DNA of 28,182 nt, counting the filler, from Candidatus Babeliales bacterium (GTDB taxonomy: Bacteria > Babelota > Babeliae > Babelales > JABCYS01), in the NCBI GenBank assembly GCA_016929235.1. It is 2 parts of 2 records of this genome, joined end to end, with 100 filler letters (N's around TTAATTAATTAA, not from the genome) between each part and the next. Parts side by side here need not be neighbours in the genome. Positions count along the whole stretch, not along the records: positions 1 to 13,986 come from JAFGJD010000009.1; positions 14,087 to 28,182 come from JAFGJD010000003.1. The stretch is one strand, 5' to 3'. Position 1 is the stretch's first letter. Each line of letters starts with the position of its first letter. The notes under the pieces are model-generated. The model was not told the origin of the DNA. It did no database searches and was given only the letters and a program-made list of their open reading frames with translations. This document shows, piece after piece, positions 6,656-15,285 of the stretch. Made by a program: the position numbers and the translations under genes.

Positions 6656-9547
6656 GTGCTTCGTTTTGTCCATGCGATCGTATCATTATATATCTGTTGC
6701 TTGTGTCTAGGTGTATATGCACACCAATCATCAGCAACATTTGTATTTCAGGATCTTGAATCTGCACGAACAACTATTACTGCTCTATTTCCGGTACCAG
6801 TGCGACTTGCTGGTAAAATATATGAAGAATGTGGTGGTGTCTCAAAAGATGAACTTGAATATCTTATTGATCTTGATCCAGGAGATGAGATTACAAGTGA
6901 CACTGTCTACAAGGCGTTGACGTACCTTGCTAAAAAAACAGTCTTTCATTCAGTGAATTTATCTCGGTATGATCGTGGTGATGGTACGGTTGATCTAATC
7001 TGGAGATTTAATCGTGCCTGGACATTTAGGCGTTTGAAGATTTTGGGAGTAAGACGTGAGCGAGATAGTTATCGACAATATTATCTTCTTGAGCCTGGAG
7101 AACCCTTTGACGCTATTAAGCATAGACATTCCGTTGAGATTCTCCGTGATGCTCTTAAAAAAGAAGGATACTTGCAAGCTCAAGTCACACCGACATTAAT
7201 TCGCGATTATCAAGCAAAGTCGCTTGATGTACATCTAAAACTCCATCGTGGCAATGTGTTTCGTATTCGACCAGTAAGAGTTGCTGTGCAACAGGGTTCA
7301 TTAGCCCGTGAAGAACATGCTGAGTTGACCGCAGCAGTAGCATCTGTGGCCTATCATAACTTGCGAGATAAACGGTATACCCAAGATGTTCTGGATAAGT
7401 GTGGAAGCAAGATTAATGCTTTGCTCTTAAAACGGGGGTTTTTACAGTCATCCATATCGCTTAAGGAGGAGATTGATTTTGATACAGAGTCGGTGGGGCT
7501 TGTGGTTGAAATTGATCCTCATACCAAACGTGAGTTTGTTTTTTTTGGCAACCACTTTTTTTCTGATACACAGTTGCTTGATGAGCTTCTGCAATTTGGT
7601 CAGTCAATCTGGTTGATTCCACTTACATTATTAAAAGAAGAGATCATGCGTTCGTATCATAAGAAGGGATTTTGGAATTGTAAGGTTGAAGCATATGAAG
7701 ATTATGGCACATTCTTTTTTGTCATTACCGAAGGTCCACGTGCGCGCATAACATCCATTGCTGTTCATGGTATTCAGGTATGTGATTCGTCACAGATTAT
7801 AGCCAGATTTTTTACGCCACGGCTTCATGGCGTGCCCTATGATGCCACAGAGATTCAAGCATCGTTAGATGCCCTCGCGCAGTGGTACAAAACAGAAGGG
7901 TTATGGGATATGCAGGTGGTGCATCATGAGTGTCTCTGTATACATGAAGACGAATATGAAGTGTTGATTCATATTGATGAAGGTAAACGCAGATATCTGC
8001 GCTCAGTTACTATTCCTGATTATCCTGAGCTGGAATCAAAAACCCTTTTTATTTCTAATACAGATGAGCCCATGCCATTTGATGCTTTTTTAATTGCGCG
8101 ACAACGGCGGTGGTTGTTGCAGTACCTCCAGGAACATGGATATTTATATTCTGATGTTTCATACGAGTTATTATCTGATGTTGCGGATTCGTGTGTCTTG
8201 GATGTTGTGTGGCATGTGATCAAACAGGTTGACAAAGTAACATTTGGTAAAACCGTCATTTCAGGAGCAAGCTCGTATGCATTTGCCAAGGTTATGCGCG
8301 AGTTAGAGTATAAACAGGGTGATACGTGGAATAAGGATGCGCTCTCTCGATCATTAACGAATCTCAGATCGTTGGGTGTATTTGAGAGCGCGCATTTGTA
8401 TCCATACGATATCGGTGACCCTGAGCCTTCAAAGCCATTGTTGCTTAGATTGGTTGATGATGATCCGTTTGAAGTGCGACTTAGGGCAGGTGTCCTTGGG
8501 GTATCGAAAAATTTTAGTTATCGTGATGGTGCGACGTATGTATGTGGTGGTTCTTTTGTCTATAAAAATCCATTCGGTGATGGTGGGCGACTTCAGTTTG
8601 ATGGTGATGTAACACGATTTGAGCGTCGCATTACAGGCTGGTACGAAGTTCCATGGTTCATGAATCGCCGCATTAAGACGAGACTTAAAGGGTACTCAAA
8701 TAAGTATGAACAGCCATTATTTATCGGTAGCAAAGATACGTTATACACGGTTGGACAGCATGGTGTTTTGTGGAACGCCTGTGTATCGCGAAATACAATG
8801 ACAGGCGCACTAACCGCTGGCACAGAATGGATGAGAACCAATGAGCTCAATACGCAGGTAGCTGAAGCGATTGATTTTGAGCCAGATCTTATTGATATTA
8901 TGGTTCCTTATCTTTTTATAGAGCCATCACTTGTGATGGATGCGCTTGATAACACGCTTAATCCTAAGCGAGGTTCATTTACTGTTATTTCATTGAAAGC
9001 GATGTTTCCCGTTCGTGATGATGTATCATATTTTGTGCGTATGTTACTAGAGCAATCGTTTTTTAGGTCGATTGGGCCGATCGTTGCGGGTATGCGTATT
9101 CGTATGGGACATATCTTTAATCAGGTTTTTTCTCAGATTATGCCCACCGAACGTTTTTATTTGGGGGGGGCATATTCATTGCGAGGGTATCAACCTGATT
9201 TTGCACCACCACTTGGTACGTACTGCCGAGATGGGCAGGTTGAGTTTGCGCCGCAGGGTGGTAAATCAATGCTCAACATCAATGCAGAATTGAGGTTTCC
9301 AGTTTACGGTAATATTGGAGGCACTGTGTTTCAAGATGCAGGGGTGCTTGTGGGGGATTCGCTTGAGCATGCTCACGATGAGGCCGTGGCCGCTACCGGT
9401 ATTGGCATTCGTTATGATACGCCCATTGGACCATTCAGACTCGATGTTGGATTGAGGTGGCGTTCCAAGGTAGAGGACCTTTTTAAGGTTGCAGAGCGTG
9501 ATGTCGCTCGAACCACATGGTTCTTCACGTTGGGTAACGCATTTTAA
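6656..9547 (+). CDS. Omp85 (BamA/TamA family) outer-membrane protein with a long POTRA region
   Basis: 963 aa. Repeated POTRA-type GY/GF helices and EG.R motifs; barrel with RFYLGGAYSLRGY loop, GGKSML..NAELRFP, GIRYDTPIGPFRLD and C-terminal FFTLGNAF. Confidence 0.92.
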   Translation: MLRFVHAIVSLYICCLCLGVYAHQSSATFVFQDLESARTTITALFPVPVRLAGKIYEECGGVSKDELEYLIDLDPGDEITSDTVYKALTYLAKKTVFHSVNLSRYDRGDGTVDLIWRFNRAWTFRRLKILGVRRERDSYRQYYLLEPGEPFDAIKHRHSVEILRDALKKEGYLQAQVTPTLIRDYQAKSLDVHLKLHRGNVFRIRPVRVAVQQGSLAREEHAELTAAVASVAYHNLRDKRYTQDVLDKCGSKINALLLKRGFLQSSISLKEEIDFDTESVGLVVEIDPHTKREFVFFGNHFFSDTQLLDELLQFGQSIWLIPLTLLKEEIMRSYHKKGFWNCKVEAYEDYGTFFFVITEGPRARITSIAVHGIQVCDSSQIIARFFTPRLHGVPYDATEIQASLDALAQWYKTEGLWDMQVVHHECLCIHEDEYEVLIHIDEGKRRYLRSVTIPDYPELESKTLFISNTDEPMPFDAFLIARQRRWLLQYLQEHGYLYSDVSYELLSDVADSCVLDVVWHVIKQVDKVTFGKTVISGASSYAFAKVMRELEYKQGDTWNKDALSRSLTNLRSLGVFESAHLYPYDIGDPEPSKPLLLRLVDDDPFEVRLRAGVLGVSKNFSYRDGATYVCGGSFVYKNPFGDGGRLQFDGDVTRFERRITGWYEVPWFMNRRIKTRLKGYSNKYEQPLFIGSKDTLYTVGQHGVLWNACVSRNTMTGALTAGTEWMRTNELNTQVAEAIDFEPDLIDIMVPYLFIEPSLVMDALDNTLNPKRGSFTVISLKAMFPVRDDVSYFVRMLLEQSFFRSIGPIVAGMRIRMGHIFNQVFSQIMPTERFYLGGAYSLRGYQPDFAPPLGTYCRDGQVEFAPQGGKSMLNINAELRFPVYGNIGGTVFQDAGVLVGDSLEHAHDEAVAATGIGIRYDTPIGPFRLDVGLRWRSKVEDLFKVAERDVARTTWFFTLGNAF

Positions 9548-9563
9548 CTGTATAGGCTCACTT

Positions 9564-9582
9564 TATATTTATAATCATTATG
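9564..9582 (+). promoter_or_regulatory. Fur/PerR-like operator overlapping a perfect -10 (TATAAT 9570-9575)
   Basis: TATATTTATAATCATTATG matches the classical Fur box GATAATGATAATCATTATC at 15/19 positions. The context is AT-rich, so a chance match is possible. Confidence 0.4.
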
Positions 9583-9634
9583 GGTACTCTGTACATTCTA
9601 CAGTGTATTACTCTGAGCCTTTGGAAGGAGACCT

Positions 9635-10309
9635 ATGCGTCAGCATCATCATGATCACGGGGCCCACGGAGATTCATTCTCTAGTGAGCTCATTCACCAT
9701 TTTCCCTATGCTATCTTTTCGGTGTGCATTAGCCTTATTACGCTGAGTATACTCTCCAATGTTATTGGCGGTGGCGAAAATCCTGCACTGGTTAAGAGTG
9801 CCTCACATACCTTATTTCATAGCTTCCATTTCTTGCATTTAGTTTTTGCTGCTACAGGAACAGTGCTTACTTTTATGCGATTTTCTAAATCGTGGATTTT
9901 AGGGGTCCTGATTGGTTTCCTATCGCCAGCTGTCTTTTGTACGATTTCCGATTCCTTGCTTCCGTATCTTGGCGGACGAATCATGGGCATACCCATGCAC
10001 TGGCATTGGTGTTTTTATTCGGAGCTGATTAACGTCCTTCCATTTTTGACGGTAGGTGTTTTGAATGGATTTATAATGGGTCGGCATCATTCTTCTGATT
10101 TGCCGTCATACTCTGTCCATTCTCACTTTGCACATGTATTGGTGAGTTCATTGGCATCAAGTTTGTATCTACTTGCACATGGATTTTTTACATGGGATTC
10201 GCATATCGGGGTTGTTTTTTTGTATCTTGTTTTTGCGGTACTTATTCCTTGCACGATCTCCGATGTCTTGGTACCAATGTTTTTTGCCAAAAGGAGTAGG
10301 CGTACATGA
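9635..10309 (+). CDS. Uncharacterised His/Cys-rich polytopic membrane protein with a two-fold internal repeat
   Basis: 224 aa with an AAGGAG SD, N-terminal HHHDHGAH and ~6 hydrophobic helices. Repeats: HSFHFLH...CTISDSLLP and HSHFAH...CTISDVLVP. Stop overlaps the potA start (ATGA). Confidence 0.85.
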   Translation: MRQHHHDHGAHGDSFSSELIHHFPYAIFSVCISLITLSILSNVIGGGENPALVKSASHTLFHSFHFLHLVFAATGTVLTFMRFSKSWILGVLIGFLSPAVFCTISDSLLPYLGGRIMGIPMHWHWCFYSELINVLPFLTVGVLNGFIMGRHHSSDLPSYSVHSHFAHVLVSSLASSLYLLAHGFFTWDSHIGVVFLYLVFAVLIPCTISDVLVPMFFAKRSRRT

Positions 10310-11397
10310 TCGGAATTAAATTAGAGAATGTGACCAAGGCATACCGAGGCGGTGAAATCTTAAGGGATTTTAATCTGAATATTCCTGAAGGAACATTTTT
10401 TGCGCTGCTCGGTCCCAGTGGCTGTGGAAAGACCACGATACTTCGTTTGATTGCGGGTTTTGAGTCAGCTGATGCGGGATCTATTTATGTTGGATCGGAT
10501 GATGTGACACATGTTCCCGTTCACAAACGCGATGTGAACACGGTATTTCAAAGCTATGCGCTCTTTCCGCATCTGACTGTGTTTGATAATGTTGCCTATG
10601 GGCTTCGTATCAAGAAGTTATCACCAGATTTGATTAAACAAAAAGTCTCCAAAATGCTGAAAACCGTTCATCTTGAACGGCATGGGAATAAGCTGATTAA
10701 TCAGCTCTCTGGAGGACAGCAGCAGCGTGTTGCGCTTGCTCGAGCAATGGTAAATGAACCAGAAGTATTGCTCTTGGATGAACCACTGGCTGCGCTTGAT
10801 GTGCAATTGCGAGAAAAGATGCTTTTGGAGCTGATTGATCTCCAGGAGAATTTTAGGACGACTTTTGTGTATGTGACACATGATGCACATGAAGCCCTTA
10901 CGGTTGCGGACCAGATGGCGATCATGAATCTTGATGGAGAGATTGAACAAAGTGGTGAGCCAAAAAATATCTATGAATTTCCCGAAAGTGCTTTTGTTGC
11001 TCGCTTTGTTGGCGCAACTAATATTCTTCGTGGAATGCTGTCATGGGTAGGTGGTATTCCCATGTTCAAAGTTGGTGGGCTTGATCCACTTAAAGTTGTG
11101 GTGCAAAAAAAAGCATCATGGGCTGTTGATGGCGAACATGCCTTATTAAGCATTCGCCCTGAAAAGATTGCGCTCAGCAAGAAGTTGCTCGAGGGATTTG
11201 ATAATCACGTCACAGGAATTGTAGAGGCGATTGCCTACCAGGGGCGTTCGACCGAATATAAAATTCGTGTTGACAATAGTTTGCTTCTCCAAGTGTTTGA
11301 ACAGAATGAAGAGCACTTCGTGCATGAAGAGATTGATTACTACGATGAAGTACACTTGTATTGGCAAAAAGAAAATGCAGTTTTGCTGCGCAAGTAG
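10306..11397 (+). CDS. potA: Polyamine-family ABC transporter ATPase
   Basis: GPSGCGKTT, VFQSYALFPH, LSGGQQQRVALARA, LLLDEP, YVTHD and a C-terminal TOBE region with RPEKI. Confidence 0.93.
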   Translation: MIGIKLENVTKAYRGGEILRDFNLNIPEGTFFALLGPSGCGKTTILRLIAGFESADAGSIYVGSDDVTHVPVHKRDVNTVFQSYALFPHLTVFDNVAYGLRIKKLSPDLIKQKVSKMLKTVHLERHGNKLINQLSGGQQQRVALARAMVNEPEVLLLDEPLAALDVQLREKMLLELIDLQENFRTTFVYVTHDAHEALTVADQMAIMNLDGEIEQSGEPKNIYEFPESAFVARFVGATNILRGMLSWVGGIPMFKVGGLDPLKVVVQKKASWAVDGEHALLSIRPEKIALSKKLLEGFDNHVTGIVEAIAYQGRSTEYKIRVDNSLLLQVFEQNEEHFVHEEIDYYDEVHLYWQKENAVLLRK

Positions 11398-11403
11398 AGG
11401 ATA

Positions 11404-12288
11404 ATGCTAGTGAAAGAACGAATTAAAACTTGGTATGATCGCGTCTCTGATGAGACAGCATTCTTTCTTGCTAGTCCTGCTGTGATATGGCAAGTGCTGT
11501 TTTTGTATGTGCCTATTTTATTTGTAGTTAGTGCAAGTTTTTTCCGTGTATGGGGTTCGTTCCATTTGTACGATGTGACCTTAGAGCATTTTCGTGCTGT
11601 GTTTACCAGTGAGCATATCAAGGTAATTATTGCTTCGTTAGCTATATCATTGGGAACGGCGTTGACATGCCTAGTGATCGCGTATCCTGTGGCATACACA
11701 CTCGTACTAAAAACACAAAAATATCGTACAATATTTTTTGCTTTGATCTCATTGCCATTTTGGACAAATTTTCTTGTGTTGGCTTATTCATGGTTTTTTG
11801 TCCTTGGCACGACAGGCGTTGTGAATCGAATCCTTATATACTTTCATATTATAAGTGAGCCCATAGCCTTTTTGAATTCTCCGTTGGCAGTTGGCATTGT
11901 CATGATTTACTGTTACTTGCCATTTATGATTATGCCGCTGTATACCTCTATGGAGCGCTTGGATATACGTCTTCTAGAAGCATCTCGTGATCTTGGGGCA
12001 ACACCACGAAAAACATTTTTTGATGTAACACTTCCATTAACGATGAGCGGGATCAGAAATGGTTTTTTATTGGTGCTTGTTCCTGCATTTGGTGAGTATG
12101 CTATTCCCGCATTATTTGGCGGGGGCAAGAAGCTTTATGTTGGTACCTTGATAGCAGAGTATTTTTTGAGTCCTCGTAGCGCACCCCAGGGTGCAGCCTT
12201 TACGATTATGGGATCATGTGCACTGCTTGCAGCTATCGTGTTCTCATCTCGCCTTTTTAGAATGAGTCACGATGAGGAGGAAGAATGA
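11404..12288 (+). CDS. potB: Polyamine-family ABC transporter permease
   Basis: LPFWTNFLV, YCYLPFMIMPLY and the EAA loop LEASRDLGA. Confidence 0.92.
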   Translation: MLVKERIKTWYDRVSDETAFFLASPAVIWQVLFLYVPILFVVSASFFRVWGSFHLYDVTLEHFRAVFTSEHIKVIIASLAISLGTALTCLVIAYPVAYTLVLKTQKYRTIFFALISLPFWTNFLVLAYSWFFVLGTTGVVNRILIYFHIISEPIAFLNSPLAVGIVMIYCYLPFMIMPLYTSMERLDIRLLEASRDLGATPRKTFFDVTLPLTMSGIRNGFLLVLVPAFGEYAIPALFGGGKKLYVGTLIAEYFLSPRSAPQGAAFTIMGSCALLAAIVFSSRLFRMSHDEEEE

Positions 12289-13061
12289 ACCGGTCTGATT
12301 GGATATTGCCGCTTTGGACATTGGTTTCATATGTCTTTTTGTATGTGCCAATTATCATTTTAGTGATCTATTCCTTTAATGATGCCGCGTTGTCATTTAC
12401 CTGGTCAGGATTTACGACTAAATGGTATAGGCATCTTATACATGAACCAGAGCTCCTAAGAGCGCTCTACAACAGTATTGTAGTAGCGGCCTTAGCAGTG
12501 GTGTTCAGTTTGACATTGTCATTTTTGTTTGTGTTTTATAACAAACGTGCACGACTTGCGCGGTATGTTTCTCTGTTTTATGGTGGTGCGGTTTTGCCTG
12601 ATATTGTCATGGCAGTTGGATTATTGAGCTTCTTTGGTTTTTTTAAGATATCATTGGGAATTACTACGCTTGTCGTGGGGCATACATTGATTGGGATAGC
12701 ATTTGCACTGCCTATTATTAGGGCGCGCTTTGAAGAAATCGATGTTCGTGTTCTTGAGGCATCGGCGGATTTGGGAGCATCAGAACGACAGACTATTTTC
12801 AAGGTCTTGATTCCTATTTTACGACCAGCATTGCTTTCTGCCGGCCTGCTTGTGTTCATTATTTCTATGGATGACTTTTTGGTTTCTTTTTTTTGTACAG
12901 GAAGTGAAACACAAACCCTGCCTTTGTATATTTTTTCCATGATTCGATTGGGTGTTTCTCCTGTAATTAATGCGCTTTCAACGGTTTTACTTGCTGTGAC
13001 GAGTGCTGTCGTGATGGTGTTATCAAGTTTCAATATTAAAAGCAGGATTATGGAATCATGA
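12285..13061 (+). CDS. potC: Polyamine-family ABC transporter permease
   Basis: FLYVPIIILVIYSFN, WSGFTTKWY, EASADLGA, SMDDFLVSFF, TLPLYIFS and P.INALST. Confidence 0.93.
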   Translation: MNRSDWILPLWTLVSYVFLYVPIIILVIYSFNDAALSFTWSGFTTKWYRHLIHEPELLRALYNSIVVAALAVVFSLTLSFLFVFYNKRARLARYVSLFYGGAVLPDIVMAVGLLSFFGFFKISLGITTLVVGHTLIGIAFALPIIRARFEEIDVRVLEASADLGASERQTIFKVLIPILRPALLSAGLLVFIISMDDFLVSFFCTGSETQTLPLYIFSMIRLGVSPVINALSTVLLAVTSAVVMVLSSFNIKSRIMES

Positions 13062-13986
13062 TGGCCATTAGACGATTTTTGCTAACGCGTGGTATCCTGG
13101 CACTTTTTTGGACAGCACTCTTTCTGGGTGGCTTGTATGTTAGCCGCGTGATTCCTCGTGGTTTTTTTAAAAAAAATATTAATATCATTGCTTGGGTTGA
13201 GTTGTTGGATGCACACAAAATTGCAGAGTTCGAACGTGAAACGGGCATCCAAGTTAATATTTCGTACTATGATAATAAGGACGAGCTGTTGACCAAGTTG
13301 CAGGTCGGTGGTGGTGGCAATTATGACATGATCATTACGACGGGATATGTTGTTGATACTCTAATTCGCAAACAGATGTTGCAACCAATGGATCGATCTC
13401 GTTTATCTTTTTTGGCTGCCTTGAATCCTGCTCTTTTGCGCCATTATTATGATCCTAAAAATGAGTATTCTATTCCATATTCCTGGAGTGTGTATGGTGT
13501 TGGTGTGGATGTTCGGATGATTCCTAATTATCAAGAGATAACATGGAAAAAATTGTTTGATCCTGCGCAGCTTTCAGGGAAGCGCACTGTTATGGATGAT
13601 CCTCGCGAATTATACACGATGGGAGCTTATGCATTATATGGTTCTAGTGACGCATTGAATAAGGATACATTGTATGAGGTACAGAAGCTTCTTGTAAAGC
13701 AAAAACCAGCGGTTGAAGCGTACACAGATAGTGGCAGCGCATATTTGCTTGCATCAGGGCAAACGCAGATGACAATTACAGAAGGTGCATATGTCATGCG
13801 ACTCATGAATAATTACCCACATATAAAATTTTGGGTTCCTAAAGAGGGATCGTTTATGACTATTGAAAGCGTTGTGATCCCGCGATCAACAAAAAAACTT
13901 GATCGAATTTATTCTTTTATTAATTTCTTATTTAAAACCGATATTATGAAGCACCATGCACAATTATTTTATTTTTTGCCATCGCG
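13058..13986 (+). CDS. potD: PotD/PotF-family substrate-binding protein, 3'-truncated at the contig end
   Basis: FERETGIQV, YDPKNEYSIPYSW, DDPRE, PKEG and FINFL motifs, with an N-terminal hydrophobic anchor. The ORF runs into the N linker. Confidence 0.88.
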
Positions 13987-14086
13987 NNNNNNNNNNNNNN
14001 NNNNNNNNNNNNNNNNNNNNNNNNNNNNNNTTAATTAATTAANNNNNNNNNNNNNNNNNNNNNNNNNNNNNNNNNNNNNNNNNNNN
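13987..14086. other. Artificial contig linker
   Basis: Exactly 100 nt: 44 N, TTAATTAATTAA (stops in all six frames), 44 N. Confidence 0.97.
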
Positions 14087-14466
14087 AAAAAACTTTGTGG
14101 ATTGAGTCTACTTTGTTTAATTTCAGACAGATGAGCACCAAGCTTTCCCGTAAAAAACTGTTCACCCTCTTTACCATGACAAAAACCATAAGAATAGTAA
14201 AATCGCTCCTTTTCACCACCACCTGAATAGCCCTCAGGCTTCCACCCGGCCCCACATGAACCGCACAGTTTATCCGTAAATATACCGTGTTCGGCCCAGT
14301 AAACTTTTTCTGCTGTATACAATGAACCAAGATTCATAAAAGCCTCGGCACGTTTTGCCTTTGCCAAGTAGCGCATAAAACTCGGTGTGGCAATCATAGA
14401 AAGAAGTGCAACAATAGCAACAACGACCATGAGCTCCAATAGAGAAAAGCCTTGCTTCTTACTCAT
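14087..14466 (-). CDS. pilA: Type IVa pilin, N-terminal part (continues at 22-124 on +)
   Basis: Class III signal MSKKQG|FSLLELMVVVAIVALLSMIATP (G-1, F+1, E+5, P22), with a GGGAGGG SD upstream. Confidence 0.93.
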
Positions 14467-14504
14467 TAGGACCCTCCCGCATATGTTAGTCTGGTTTTAC
14501 AACA

Positions 14505-15140
14505 TCACCCTACAAACATAACCCCCGCAATTTTTTCTAACTCTTCAATCGGATATGCTCCTTGCCTAACAACTTTGATCTTTGAACCGCTACAGTCAAG
14601 AATTGTTGAAGGCTTCTTAAAAGCATCACCAATTGGCCCATCTATTAATGCCGCAGCTTCCTGCACTATTTCAGGATTAAGGTCTTTTATCTGTGTCGGA
14701 ACAAAATCACCTGCCCTATTTGCACTAGTAGAAAATAACCCTCTAAAATGTTTCGCAACCGCACGAAGACCTTCATGATTAGGAATCCGAACAGCAACCG
14801 CATGCAAATCACTTGTAATAAATGACTCTAAACTGTCATGTGCAGGAATAATCAATGTTACCGGACCAGGCCATGCACGATCAATCAACGCCTGGACCGA
14901 TCGAGGCAAATGTGGACGAGCAAATGCGTATGCTTGCTTTGGAGAATCAACAAGAATAAGATATGGCTTTCCAGATCGCTGCTTAATATGGTTTAAACGT
15001 TCAAATCCTTTTTTTGTTACCGGCGCAAGCAATCCAATGACAGTATCAGATGCGCCAACAAGCACCTTATCTTGTTTGAGCAACGACGCAACTGTCTGCC
15101 AATCACGAACATTATTCCAATGCAACATTTTGCTATTCAT
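14505..15140 (-). CDS. tsaC: L-threonylcarbamoyladenylate synthase (TsaC/Sua5, YrdC domain)
   Basis: SDTVIGL, IKQRSGKP, WPGPVTLI, VAVRIPNH, STSANRAG, PSTILD and VRQGA. Start chosen at ATG 15140 (15128 or 15200 possible). Confidence 0.9.
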   Translation of the reverse strand: MNSKMLHWNNVRDWQTVASLLKQDKVLVGASDTVIGLLAPVTKKGFERLNHIKQRSGKPYLILVDSPKQAYAFARPHLPRSVQALIDRAWPGPVTLIIPAHDSLESFITSDLHAVAVRIPNHEGLRAVAKHFRGLFSTSANRAGDFVPTQIKDLNPEIVQEAAALIDGPIGDAFKKPSTILDCSGSKIKVVRQGAYPIEELEKIAGVMFVG

Positions 15141-15193
15141 TTTCTGATCTTTTGTAAATATAAAAATAGGCCCACTACAATATAATTTCTCCT

Positions 15194-15221
15194 TTGACAT
15201 TTTCAGAATATATCCTATTTT
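15194..15221 (+). promoter_or_regulatory. Putative sigma70 promoter for the folC-like/atp operon
   Basis: Perfect TTGACA (15194-15199), 16-nt spacer, then TATTTT. Confidence 0.4.
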
Positions 15222-15285
15222 TAGCTCCGTGTCATATTGAACCTTGCATCAGACAAAAATAAATGTTCGTAGGTGGAGAAATACA

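Noticed and set aside
14031..14042. Palindrome TTAATTAATTAA as a biological site
   Set aside because: It is centred in a symmetric 100-nt N linker and supplies stops in all six frames, so it is synthetic.
13987..14086. Strand-composition switch as a replication origin or terminus
   Set aside because: It coincides with the linker and disappears when the right contig is flipped according to the 21-nt overlap.
13058..14466. potD and pilA as pseudogenes or as true convergent neighbours (track ends 14038 and 14035)
   Set aside because: Both are cut by contig ends and their track stop codons come from the linker.
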